This document shows positions 9,756-18,424 of a stretch of DNA of 64,000 bases, piece by piece. The first letter of the stretch is position 1, and every line of letters starts with the position of its first letter. The notes beneath the pieces were generated by a model that was given only the letters and a program-made list of their open reading frames with translations, was not told the origin of the DNA and ran no database searches. The DNA is from Rhodospirillales bacterium. GTDB taxonomy: Bacteria > Pseudomonadota > Alphaproteobacteria > Acetobacterales > Acetobacteraceae. Made by a program: the position numbers and the translations under genes. The DNA lies in the NCBI GenBank assembly GCA_043744375.1, contig JAYTUU010000052.1, positions 1,450-65,449 of the forward strand, given 5' to 3'.

Positions 9756-10889
9756 ATGCGCGAGGAAATCGCCGTGCTGGAGTTTCTGCCCGCCTTCCCA
9801 CGCGCGATCGTGGCCTTTGTTATTGTTCTCGGCATTCTCGTGTTCGTGCACGAATATGGCCACTACATCGCGGCGCGTTGGCGCGGCGTGCATGTGGAGA
9901 CGTTCTCCATCGGCTTCGGCCGCGCGCTGTTCACTTGGCGCGACCGGCGTGGCACCGTCTGGAAGGTCGGCTGGGTGCCGCTCGGCGGCTATGTGAAGCT
10001 GCACGGGCAGGAGCGGCCAGAGGATGTCGCCGCGGAGGTGCGCGCGCGCTGGATCCCCGGGCGCACCTTCCACGAGAAATCCGTGGCCTCGCGGGCCATC
10101 GTCGTGGCGGCGGGGCCGGCGGCCAATTTCGCCCTCGCGGCCGTGCTCTATTTTATCCTGTACGCCAGCGTTGGCCGGCCGATTGCGCTGCCTGTCATTG
10201 GCGAAGTGCTGGCCGATTCGGTGGCGCAGAAGGCCGGGTTGCAGGCCGGCGACCGCATCACCGGCATCGATGACGCCGCCGTTACCCGGTTTGGCGATAT
10301 CCAGCGCATCATCTTCGCCAGCCCCGGAAAACCGCTCGTGCTGCATGTCCTGCGCGCCGACTCGCCGCGCGACATTCCGATCACGCCCGAGGAACAGGTC
10401 GACGCCAAAGGCAATCGCTCTGGCAAGCTTGGCATTCGCGGCGGTGGCACGACCTTCGAACCGGTCTCGTTGCCCGAAGCACTTTGGGCCGGCGTGGACC
10501 AGACCTGGGATATCACCGTGCAGACGCTCGATGGCGTCTGGGCAATGATCAGTCAGCGTAAATCCGGCGAGGATCTCGGCGGGCCGCTGCGCATCGCGCA
10601 GATGTCGGGGCAGGTGGCTACGCTCGGATTCGCCAGCCTCATCTCCTTCATCGCGCTGCTCTCGGTCAATCTCGGGCTGATCAATCTGTTCCCCATCCCC
10701 GTGCTCGATGGCGGCCACCTGATGTTCTTCCTGGCCGAGGCCATTCGCGGCAAGCCATTGCCCGTGCGCGCGCAGGAATACGGCTACCGCGCTGGATTCG
10801 CTCTGCTGATCGGGCTGTTCGTCTTCGCCACCTGGAACGATCTGACGCATATCGGACTGTTCCGCTGGGTCGCGTCCCTGGTCGGATAG
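9756..10889 (+). CDS. rseP: RIP zinc metalloprotease RseP (M50 family)
   Basis: HEYGHY zinc motif, central PDZ-like segment, NLFPIPVLDGGH. GTG 9774 is an alternative start. Confidence 0.9.
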   Translation: MREEIAVLEFLPAFPRAIVAFVIVLGILVFVHEYGHYIAARWRGVHVETFSIGFGRALFTWRDRRGTVWKVGWVPLGGYVKLHGQERPEDVAAEVRARWIPGRTFHEKSVASRAIVVAAGPAANFALAAVLYFILYASVGRPIALPVIGEVLADSVAQKAGLQAGDRITGIDDAAVTRFGDIQRIIFASPGKPLVLHVLRADSPRDIPITPEEQVDAKGNRSGKLGIRGGGTTFEPVSLPEALWAGVDQTWDITVQTLDGVWAMISQRKSGEDLGGPLRIAQMSGQVATLGFASLISFIALLSVNLGLINLFPIPVLDGGHLMFFLAEAIRGKPLPVRAQEYGYRAGFALLIGLFVFATWNDLTHIGLFRWVASLVG

Positions 10890-11047
10890 GGCCTGCCGCC
10901 GACGCGCTCCCGCAAAGTCATGTCAGGGGGGTTGCGCTGCGCGGTTTCGGCGGGTAGCGCCATGCCGATGGTGCGGCTATTCTCCGCGCCCCGCATAGGC
11001 CAGTCGTCTCGAACCTTGGGACGGCGCTGCAACCAGGGGTATCGCCT

Positions 11048-13399
11048 TTGACTCGCACTCGCGCAGCGCTGCTTTCCGCCTTCTGCCTGCTGTTCGCCGC
11101 AGGCCCGGATCTGTCGCACCCGCCGACGGCCAGCGCCCAGGCCGTGCCTGCAAGGCCGGGCGCCGTGGCGGGCCAGGGCGGACTGGTGGGCTCGGTGAAG
11201 ATCGAGGGCAACCAGCGCATCGAGGAGGGCACGATCCGCTCCTACATGCTGCTTCAACCCGGCGACCCGTTCGACTCCGAGCAACTCGATCGCAGCCTCA
11301 AGACGCTGTTCGCCACCGGCTTGTTCAGCGACGTCACCCTGCGGCGCGAGGGTAACGCGCTGGTCGTCAAGGTCGTCGAGAACCCGATCGTCAACCGCAT
11401 CGCCTTCGAGGGCAACAAACAGGTCACCGACGAGGCGCTGCGCCCGGAGCTGCAACTGCGCGCCCGCGCGGTGTTCACCAACGCCACCGCCCAGGCCGAC
11501 CGCCAGCGCATGCTCGACCTCTACGCGCGCAAGGGCCGCTATGCCGCGCGGGTCGAACCCAAGATCATCCAGCTCGACCAGAACCGGGTCGATGTCGTCT
11601 TCGAGATCGACGAGGGCGCGAACACGCTGACCAGCCGCATCGCCTTCGTCGGCAACCGTGCCTACAGCGAGGGCAAGCTCGGCGAGGTCATCTCATCGCG
11701 TGAGGAGGCCTGGTGGCGCTTCCTGTCGACCTCCGACAGCTACGATCCCGACCGGATGAATTTCGACAAGGAGCAGCTGCGCCGCTTCTATCTGTCCAAG
11801 GGTTACGCCGATGTCGAGATCGTAAGCGCCACCGCCGAACTCGCGCCCGACCGGTCCGCCTTCTTCATCACCTTCACGATCAACGAGGGCGAACGCTACA
11901 CAGTCTCCAAGGCCGAGCTGAACGTCACGCTGAAGGGCGTTACTGCCGAGTCGCTGCAATCCCAGATGCCGTTAGACGTGGGCGACTGGTACGACGGCGA
12001 TGCCATCGAGCGCGCCGTGCAGGCGCTCAGCGACGATCTGCAGGGCCGCGGTTTTCCCTTCGTGGAAATTAAGCCGCGCGTGCAGCGCGATCGGGAAAAG
12101 CGCACCATCGAGATTGTGCTCGATGTCGGCGAGGGCCCGCGCGTCTACATCGAACGCATCGACATCACCGGCAACCAGCGCACCTATGACAAGGTGATCC
12201 GCCGCGAGTTCCGGGTCGGCGAGGGCGATCCGTTCAACGTCGCCTTGGTGCGCCTGTCGCGCCAGCGCATCGAGGACCTGGAATACTTCAACCGCATCGA
12301 GATCCTGTCGCAAACCGGTTCGGCACCCGACAAGGTTGTCCTGAACGCGGTCATCGAGGAAAAGGCGACCGGCCAGCTCCTGCTCGGCGGTGGCTATTCG
12401 ACCGATATCGGGGCGCTCGTCTCGTTCGGTCTGCGCGAGAAGAACCTGGTCGGCACCGGCATCGACGGCAGCTTCAACACCGTGCTGGCGCAGAAGCAGA
12501 GTCAGATCAATTTCTCGCTCACCGACCCGTATTTCCTCGACCGCAACCTCGTGGCCGGGTTCGATATCTTCCACATCGTGCAGAACAACACCGACATCGC
12601 CGAGTATCGCGAGAGGCGCACCGGCGTGAGCCTCCGGCTGGGCTACCAGTTCAGCGAGCATCTCCGCCAGTTGATCACCTACTCGGCGGTGGAGCGTAAC
12701 ATCTACGCCGTCGGCGCGAATGCCAGCGTTTATGTCAAGGACGCCAAGGGAGCCTCGCTGCTGTCGCAGATCAGCCAGGCACTGACGCTGGACTATCGCG
12801 ACAGCCGGGTCGATCCGCGCCGCGGCTTCGTGATCCGCCTTGGCACCGATTTCGCCGGCCTCGGCGGCGATGCCCGCTTTGCGCGCGCCAAGATCGACGC
12901 GTCCTACTACATCCCGCTCGAGCGGGTATTCGGAGACCCCGATTGGGTCCTCGCGATCAACGCGGGGGTGGGCCAGATGTTCACCTTCGGCCGCAACGAG
13001 CGCATCATCGACCGGTTCTTCCTCGGCGGCGACAATTTGCGCGGCTTCCAGACCGGTGGCGTCGGTCCGCACTCGATCTCGACCGGGGACAGCATCGGCG
13101 GCCGGTTCATCTGGACGCAATCGACCGAGCTGCGGTTCCCCTTGCCGGTGTCTGCCGATCTCGGCATGACCGGCCGGGCCTTCGTCGATGTCGGCTCGCT
13201 GTCGGAGTTGAATCAGCTCCTGCTCAACGGTGTTCCGCAGGCCTTCACCAACAGCGGCGCGCCGCGGGTCGGCGCTGGCGTCGGCATTTCGTGGAAAACA
13301 CCGTTCGGGCTGATCAATATCGATCTCGGGCAGGCGGTGGTGAAGAAGAAATTCGACCAGACGCAGCTGTTGCGCTTTGGTTTCGGCACAAGGTTCTAA
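11048..13399 (+). CDS. bamA: Outer membrane protein assembly factor BamA
   Basis: Signal peptide, repeated POTRA-like segments (IRVEGNQRI..., IAFEGNKQV..., IAFVGNRAY..., IDITGNQRTYD), C-terminal beta-barrel ending RFGFGTRF. TTG start. Confidence 0.93.
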   Translation: MTRTRAALLSAFCLLFAAGPDLSHPPTASAQAVPARPGAVAGQGGLVGSVKIEGNQRIEEGTIRSYMLLQPGDPFDSEQLDRSLKTLFATGLFSDVTLRREGNALVVKVVENPIVNRIAFEGNKQVTDEALRPELQLRARAVFTNATAQADRQRMLDLYARKGRYAARVEPKIIQLDQNRVDVVFEIDEGANTLTSRIAFVGNRAYSEGKLGEVISSREEAWWRFLSTSDSYDPDRMNFDKEQLRRFYLSKGYADVEIVSATAELAPDRSAFFITFTINEGERYTVSKAELNVTLKGVTAESLQSQMPLDVGDWYDGDAIERAVQALSDDLQGRGFPFVEIKPRVQRDREKRTIEIVLDVGEGPRVYIERIDITGNQRTYDKVIRREFRVGEGDPFNVALVRLSRQRIEDLEYFNRIEILSQTGSAPDKVVLNAVIEEKATGQLLLGGGYSTDIGALVSFGLREKNLVGTGIDGSFNTVLAQKQSQINFSLTDPYFLDRNLVAGFDIFHIVQNNTDIAEYRERRTGVSLRLGYQFSEHLRQLITYSAVERNIYAVGANASVYVKDAKGASLLSQISQALTLDYRDSRVDPRRGFVIRLGTDFAGLGGDARFARAKIDASYYIPLERVFGDPDWVLAINAGVGQMFTFGRNERIIDRFFLGGDNLRGFQTGGVGPHSISTGDSIGGRFIWTQSTELRFPLPVSADLGMTGRAFVDVGSLSELNQLLLNGVPQAFTNSGAPRVGAGVGISWKTPFGLINIDLGQAVVKKKFDQTQLLRFGFGTRF

Positions 13400-13404
13400 G
13401 CGAA

Positions 13405-14250
13405 ATGAAGCGTCGCGTGTTTGCCATCGCCGTTGCTGCCCTCGCCGGGCTGACGGTTTCATTTGCCTGGCTTGTCCCGCCGGCAGCGGCGCAGGGCCAG
13501 GATTTTTTCGTGCCGAACCAACGCCCCGCGCCGCAGGCCGGCCAGCGCCCGCCGGCTGCCGCCCCAGGCCCCGCGCGCGCCGCGCCGCGTCCGGCACCGA
13601 CCAACCAGCCAGCACCGCAGGAGGAAGCCCAGGCACCGATCCAGGCGCCGATGCCGCCGGTTCCGGACTTGCCGGCGCTCCCCCGTGGTGCCGCCGCGCC
13701 GGCGGCCATCATCGGCTTGATCGGCGTGCCCGAGGTGATGCGCGCCTCCGCCGCCGCTCAGTTGGTTGACCGCGTCATCGGCGAACGCCGCGAGAAATTG
13801 AACGAGGATGCCCAGAAGGAGCAGCAGGCCTGGCGCGACCTCCAGCAGGCGCTCGCCAACCAGCGCACGACCCTTTCGCCGGAGCAGATACGCACCAAGG
13901 AGCGTGAACTGCAGGACCGCATCACCAGCGCGCAGCAGCGCTTCCAGAACCGCGGCCGGATCATTCAGGAAGCGGCGCAGTACGGCCTCAACCAGATCCA
14001 GGCCTCGCTGATCGCGGTGATCCGTCAGGTATCGGAAAGCCGTGGCATGAACCTGATCCTGCACCGCCAGCAGGTCGCGTTGAACGTCAACGAGTTCGAT
14101 ATCACCGAGCAAGTTGCCGAACAGCTCAACAAGCTGCTGCCGACGGTGATCATTCCGCCTGATGGCGTGTCGCCCAATCCCCCGGCGGCGGCCGGTACCC
14201 CTGCCGCTAGTACCCCCGCCGCAACGCCGCCCGCACCGCCGAAGCGCTGA
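13405..14250 (+). CDS. OmpH/Skp-family periplasmic chaperone with a Pro/Ala-rich insert
   Basis: [30 protein letters not shown] signal peptide, coiled-coil region ([25 protein letters not shown]...), position between bamA and lpxD. The track ORF (from 12943) overlaps bamA. Confidence 0.8.
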   Translation: MKRRVFAIAVAALAGLTVSFAWLVPPAAAQGQDFFVPNQRPAPQAGQRPPAAAPGPARAAPRPAPTNQPAPQEEAQAPIQAPMPPVPDLPALPRGAAAPAAIIGLIGVPEVMRASAAAQLVDRVIGERREKLNEDAQKEQQAWRDLQQALANQRTTLSPEQIRTKERELQDRITSAQQRFQNRGRIIQEAAQYGLNQIQASLIAVIRQVSESRGMNLILHRQQVALNVNEFDITEQVAEQLNKLLPTVIIPPDGVSPNPPAAAGTPAASTPAATPPAPPKR

Positions 14251-14254
14251 TCCG

Positions 14255-15304
14255 ATGGCGGGCGATCCGCGCTTCTTTGCCCGCCCCGCGCCGATCTCGA
14301 TCGCGGCCGTATGCGCGGCGGCCGGCGGAAGCGCCGATGGGGATGGCTTTCTGCTCACCGGCATAGCGCCGCTGCAGACGGCGACGGCGACCGAGCTGAG
14401 CTTTCTCGACAATCGCCGCTATCTGCCTGCGCTCAAGGAGTGCCGCGCCGGTGCTGTGATCGTGCATCCCGACATGGCCGCGCATGTGCCGGAGGGCACG
14501 CGCGCCATTGTCACCCCTCAGCCCTATCTTGGCTGGGCGCGTGCTGCCGCCCTTTTCTTTCCGGCCCCGCCGACCACCCCAGGCGTACATAGCACCGCGG
14601 TCGTGGACGAAACCGCACGGATCGACCCATCGGCCGAGATTGGCCCGTTCGCGGTAGTTGCCGCCGGCGCTGAGGTCGGCGCGCGCTGCCGTGTCGGACC
14701 GGGTGCCGTGATCGGTGCCGGCGTCGTGCTCGGTGCGGATTGCCGGATCGGTGCCCATGCCAGCATCAGCCACGCCTTGCTTGGCGCACGGGTCTACATC
14801 TATCCCGGCGCGCGGATCGGCCAGGAGGGCTTCGGTTTTGCCTCCGGCCCCACCGGCCTTGTCACCGTTCCCCAGCTTGGCCGCGTGCTGATCGGCGACG
14901 ATGTCGAGATCGGCGCCAATTCCTGTGTCGACCGTGGCAGCGCCCAGGATACCGTGATCGGCGCCGGCTCGCGGCTCGATAACCTCGTGCAGATCGGCCA
15001 CAACGTGCAGCTTGGCCGCTGCTGCATCGTCGTCGCCCATGCCGGCATTTCCGGTTCCGCGGTGCTGGAGGATTTCGTCGTCATCGCCGGGCAGGCGGGT
15101 GTCGCGGGCCATCTGCGCATCGGCAAGGGCGCCAAGATCGGTGCGCAAGCGGGTGTGATATCGGACGTTCCAGCCGGCCAGGATTGGGTCGGCAGCCCGG
15201 CCCAGCCGGCGCGGGAGATGTTTCGGCAGGTGGCGATACTCAAGCGCCTCGCCGTCCGCACCCCGGCGAAAGATCAGAACGCCACGCGAAAGGAGACGAC
15301 ATGA
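14255..15304 (+). CDS. lpxD: UDP-3-O-acylglucosamine N-acyltransferase
   Basis: [19 protein letters not shown]..., long left-handed beta-helix hexapeptide repeats, conserved position. Confidence 0.93.
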   Translation: MAGDPRFFARPAPISIAAVCAAAGGSADGDGFLLTGIAPLQTATATELSFLDNRRYLPALKECRAGAVIVHPDMAAHVPEGTRAIVTPQPYLGWARAAALFFPAPPTTPGVHSTAVVDETARIDPSAEIGPFAVVAAGAEVGARCRVGPGAVIGAGVVLGADCRIGAHASISHALLGARVYIYPGARIGQEGFGFASGPTGLVTVPQLGRVLIGDDVEIGANSCVDRGSAQDTVIGAGSRLDNLVQIGHNVQLGRCCIVVAHAGISGSAVLEDFVVIAGQAGVAGHLRIGKGAKIGAQAGVISDVPAGQDWVGSPAQPAREMFRQVAILKRLAVRTPAKDQNATRKETT

Positions 15305-15810
15305 GCGATCAGCCCCCCGCGGCTTCCGAGCCGCGGCGTATCGACCGCATCGACATCAACCGCATCATGCTCGGCCTGCCGCACCGGTTCCCCTTTCTGC
15401 TGATCGATCGGGTCGTCGATTTCGTGCATGACCAGTCGGCCACCGGCATCAAGAACGTTTCGATCAACGAGCCGTTCTTCCAGGGCCACTTCCCGGGCAA
15501 CTTCGTCATGCCTGGTGTGCTGATCGTCGAGGCGATGTGCCAGACGGCGGGCGTGGTGGTGTGCGAAACCCTCGGCCCGGAGGACGGCTACGGCATCAGC
15601 GTCTATTTCATGTCCATCGAAGGGGCGAAATTCCGCCGCCCCGTGGTGCCCGGCGACCAGGTGCACCTGCACGTCACGAAAGACCGCCGGCGGGGCGGGG
15701 TCTGGCGGTTCAATGCGGAAGCGAAGGTGGATGGCGTGAAAGTGGCAGAGGCGACGTTCACCGCGATGGTGATCCCGAAAGACAAGACCGCGGCGGCCCC
15801 CACATCGTGA
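15301..15810 (+). CDS. fabZ: 3-hydroxyacyl-ACP dehydratase FabZ
   Basis: [13 protein letters not shown] and [21 protein letters not shown] motifs; ATG 15301 overlaps the lpxD stop (ATGA). Confidence 0.96.
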   Translation: MSDQPPAASEPRRIDRIDINRIMLGLPHRFPFLLIDRVVDFVHDQSATGIKNVSINEPFFQGHFPGNFVMPGVLIVEAMCQTAGVVVCETLGPEDGYGISVYFMSIEGAKFRRPVVPGDQVHLHVTKDRRRGGVWRFNAEAKVDGVKVAEATFTAMVIPKDKTAAAPTS

Positions 15811-16619
15811 CGGGCATTCATCCAACCACGCTCATCGCGCCCGGCGCGCGGATTGCCGACGGTGTCGAGATCGGGCCGTGGTGCACGGTCGGCGCGGACG
15901 TGGAGCTTGCCGCCGGCGTGCGGCTGATCAGCCACGTCGTCGTCGAGGGCCACACGAGAATTGCCGCCGGCGCGGTGCTCTACCCGTTCAGCACCGTCGG
16001 CATGGCGCCGCAGGATCTCAAGTATAAGAATGAACCGACGCTCGTGGAGATCGGCGAACGTACGCTGATCCGCGAGCACGTCACCATCCATCGCGGCACC
16101 CCGAACGGCGCCGGCATTACCCGCGTTGGCGCCGACTGCATGCTGATGAACGTCGTCCATGTCGCGCATGACTGTACGATTGGCAACGGCGTCATCATCG
16201 CCAACAACGTGGTGATGGGCGGCCATGTCCAGATCGGCGACCATGCGGTGATCGGCGGCAGTTCGGCGATCCACCAGTTTGTCCGCATCGGCCGCGCGGC
16301 GATGATCGGTGGCGTTTCGGGCGTGGAGGCCGATGTCGTGCCGTTCGGCGTGGTGCTCGGCAACCGCGCGCGCCTGGCCGGGCTCAACGTCATCGGCATG
16401 CGCCGCCGCGGCTTCGACCGGGCGCAGATCCACGGAGTCCGCGCCGCGTTCCGGGAGATGTTCTGGGGCAGCGGCGTGTTCGCCGAACGGGTCGCCGTCG
16501 TACGCGCCCGCATGGCCGGCGATCCGCTGATCGACGAGATGCTCGCCTTCATGGCCGTGCCGAGTAAGCGCGGCCTGGTGCGCGCGGGGTCACCGAGCCA
16601 CGACGACAGCGACAGCTAG
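15807..16619 (+). CDS. lpxA: Acyl-ACP--UDP-N-acetylglucosamine O-acyltransferase
   Basis: IHPTTLIAPGARIADGVEIGPWCTVG hexapeptide repeats; GTG 15807 overlaps the fabZ stop (GTGA). Confidence 0.93.
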   Translation: MTGIHPTTLIAPGARIADGVEIGPWCTVGADVELAAGVRLISHVVVEGHTRIAAGAVLYPFSTVGMAPQDLKYKNEPTLVEIGERTLIREHVTIHRGTPNGAGITRVGADCMLMNVVHVAHDCTIGNGVIIANNVVMGGHVQIGDHAVIGGSSAIHQFVRIGRAAMIGGVSGVEADVVPFGVVLGNRARLAGLNVIGMRRRGFDRAQIHGVRAAFREMFWGSGVFAERVAVVRARMAGDPLIDEMLAFMAVPSKRGLVRAGSPSHDDSDS

Positions 16620-16622
16620 ACG

Positions 16623-17471
16623 ATGACCGATCGCCCGGCGCTCGGTATTCTCGCGGGGTCCGGCCCACTGCCCGGGCGCGTCGCCTCGGCGGCCCGGGCG
16701 GCGGGGCGGGCTGTATTCATCGTCGGCCTCGAAGGCTTCGCGGAGAAGGCCGTGCTCGCTCCCTACGCGCATGATTTCGCCCGCATGGGGGCGGCCGGGC
16801 GCATCCTCGACCTGTTGCGCGCGAATAACTGCAAGGATCTCGTGCTGATTGGCCCGGTCCGCCGGCCGTCGATTTTCGACGCGCGGCCGGACGGGATGGG
16901 CGCGAAACTCCTGGCACGCGTCGGCCGCGCGGCCTTCGGTGGCGACGATTCGCTGCTGGCCGCCGTGATCAAGGTGCTGGGCGAGGAGGGTTTTTCTGTC
17001 ATTGGCGCCCATGAAATCCTCACCGAGGCGCAGGCCCCGCGCGGCCTGCTGACCGCCGCCGCCCCGGACGCGCAGGCGATGAGCGATATCGCGCGCGGCG
17101 TCGCGGTCTGCCGCGCCCTCGGGGCCGTCGATGTCGGGCAGGGCTGCGTCATCCAGTCCGGCCTCGTGCTCGCCGTCGAGGCGATCGAGGGCACTGACGC
17201 CATGCTCGCACGCGCCAGCCTGCACCGCCGCGGCGGCGCCGGCGGCGTGCTGGTGAAAATGTCCAAACCCGGCCAGGAACGCCGTGCCGACCTGCCGACC
17301 ATCGGGGCCGTGACGGTCGCGAACGCCGTTGCCGCCGGCCTGCGCGGCATCGCCTTCGAAGCCGGCGGCGCTTTGTTCGCCGAGCGCGACGCCGCCATCG
17401 CCGCCGCCGACGCGGCCGGCCTATTCCTCATCGGCATTGATGCTCAATCGCAGCAGGAGACGGCCGCATGA
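16623..17471 (+). CDS. lpxI: UDP-2,3-diacylglucosamine diphosphatase LpxI (DUF1009 family)
   Basis: GILAGSGPLPGRVA, GQGCVIQSGLVLAVEAIEGTDAML, KPGQERRADLPTIG; the usual alphaproteobacterial position after lpxA. Confidence 0.8.
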   Translation: MTDRPALGILAGSGPLPGRVASAARAAGRAVFIVGLEGFAEKAVLAPYAHDFARMGAAGRILDLLRANNCKDLVLIGPVRRPSIFDARPDGMGAKLLARVGRAAFGGDDSLLAAVIKVLGEEGFSVIGAHEILTEAQAPRGLLTAAAPDAQAMSDIARGVAVCRALGAVDVGQGCVIQSGLVLAVEAIEGTDAMLARASLHRRGGAGGVLVKMSKPGQERRADLPTIGAVTVANAVAAGLRGIAFEAGGALFAERDAAIAAADAAGLFLIGIDAQSQQETAA

Positions 17472-18322
17472 AAATCGGCGCCGCGATGTTCTTCACCGAC
17501 TATTCGATGACCCCGATGGCCCTCGGCAAGGCGCTCGAAGAGCGAGGGTTCGACTCGCTGTGGGCGCCCGAGCACTCCCACATCCCGGCATCCCGCGCCT
17601 CGGCCTTCCCCTCCGGCGGCGAATTGCCGAAGAAATACTACGATGCCATGGACCCCTTCGTGACGTTGACGGCCGCCGCCTGCGCCACCACCACCCTGCT
17701 GGTCGGCACCGGCATCTGCCTGGTGCCGCAGCGCGACCCGATCCAGACTGCCAAGCTCGTCGCCTCCCTCGATCAGGTCAGCAATGGTCGCTTCCTGTTC
17801 GGCGTCGGCAATGGCTGGAACGCCGACGAGATGGCCAATCACGGCACCGATTTCACCACGCGCCACAAGCTCGCCCGCGAGCGCATCGAGGCGATGCAGG
17901 CGATCTGGACGCAGTCCAGGGCCGAATATCACGGCGAGATGGTCAATTTCGATCCGATCATGGCGTGGCCCAAACCGGTTCAGAAGCCACATCCGCCGAT
18001 CATCGTTGGCGGCGCCTTCCCCTACGGCCCGCGCCGCGCCATCCGCTACGGCAATGGCTGGATGCCGCACCGGACACGCCCGAACTACACCGATGTCGCG
18101 GAGTTCGTTCCGCAATTCCGCGACATGGTCGTCCAGGCCGGGCGCGATCCGGCGGACGTGCCGGTGACCATCTGGGGCGCGCGCGAAGATTTTTCCCTGC
18201 TCGAACGCGACCGCGCGCTGGGTGTGGTGCGGCTCGTCGTCAGCCTCGACTCGGCGCGGGACGATGCGATCCTGCCGGAACTCGACCGCTGGGCCGCATT
18301 GATCCGCCGCCTCGGGGATTGA
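17468..18322 (+). CDS. Luciferase-like monooxygenase (LLM) family, F420/flavin-dependent oxidoreductase type
   Basis: MKIGAAMFFTDYSMTPMALGKALEERGFDSLWAPEHSHIP..., GRFLFGVGNGWNADEM, PHPPIIVGG; ATG overlaps the lpxI stop (ATGA). Confidence 0.8.
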   Translation: MKIGAAMFFTDYSMTPMALGKALEERGFDSLWAPEHSHIPASRASAFPSGGELPKKYYDAMDPFVTLTAAACATTTLLVGTGICLVPQRDPIQTAKLVASLDQVSNGRFLFGVGNGWNADEMANHGTDFTTRHKLARERIEAMQAIWTQSRAEYHGEMVNFDPIMAWPKPVQKPHPPIIVGGAFPYGPRRAIRYGNGWMPHRTRPNYTDVAEFVPQFRDMVVQAGRDPADVPVTIWGAREDFSLLERDRALGVVRLVVSLDSARDDAILPELDRWAALIRRLGD

Positions 18323-18424
18323 TCACGCAGCGCGGACGTTGCGCGGCGCGCCGGCAACCCCGCGGGTGAACTGGCGGGCAATGTTGGCGGCTCCGAGGAT
18401 GCCGTAGCGGAGCGGGGAGGGCAT
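18323..18424 (-). pseudogene. 5' remnant of a Gfo/Idh/MocA oxidoreductase gene (truncated duplicate of 56542..57570)
   Basis: My translation MPSPLRYGILGAANIARQFTRGVAGAPRNVRAA* compares with MTSPLRYGILGAANIARQFTRGVAGSPLATV... for the intact gene. It ends 1 nt after the LLM gene stop. Confidence 0.75.

Noticed and set aside
9717-10850. 377-aa minus ORF. Similar long reverse-frame ORFs occur at 11972..13636, 33977..35410, 35481..36989, 37434..38684, 39884..41380 and 48755..50176
   Set aside because: Each one overlaps a confidently identified gene on the opposite strand (rseP, bamA, M20 peptidase, D-aminopeptidase, prfB, mrcA, tkt).
12943-14250. 435-aa version of the skp/ompH ORF. N-terminally extended track ORFs also exist for lpxD, fabZ, lpxA, tkt, gap, pgk, rpsB, lspA and others
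   Set aside because: The extensions overlap the upstream gene and are Arg/Pro-rich junk. Internal starts give canonical N-termini, signal peptides or stop/start coupling.
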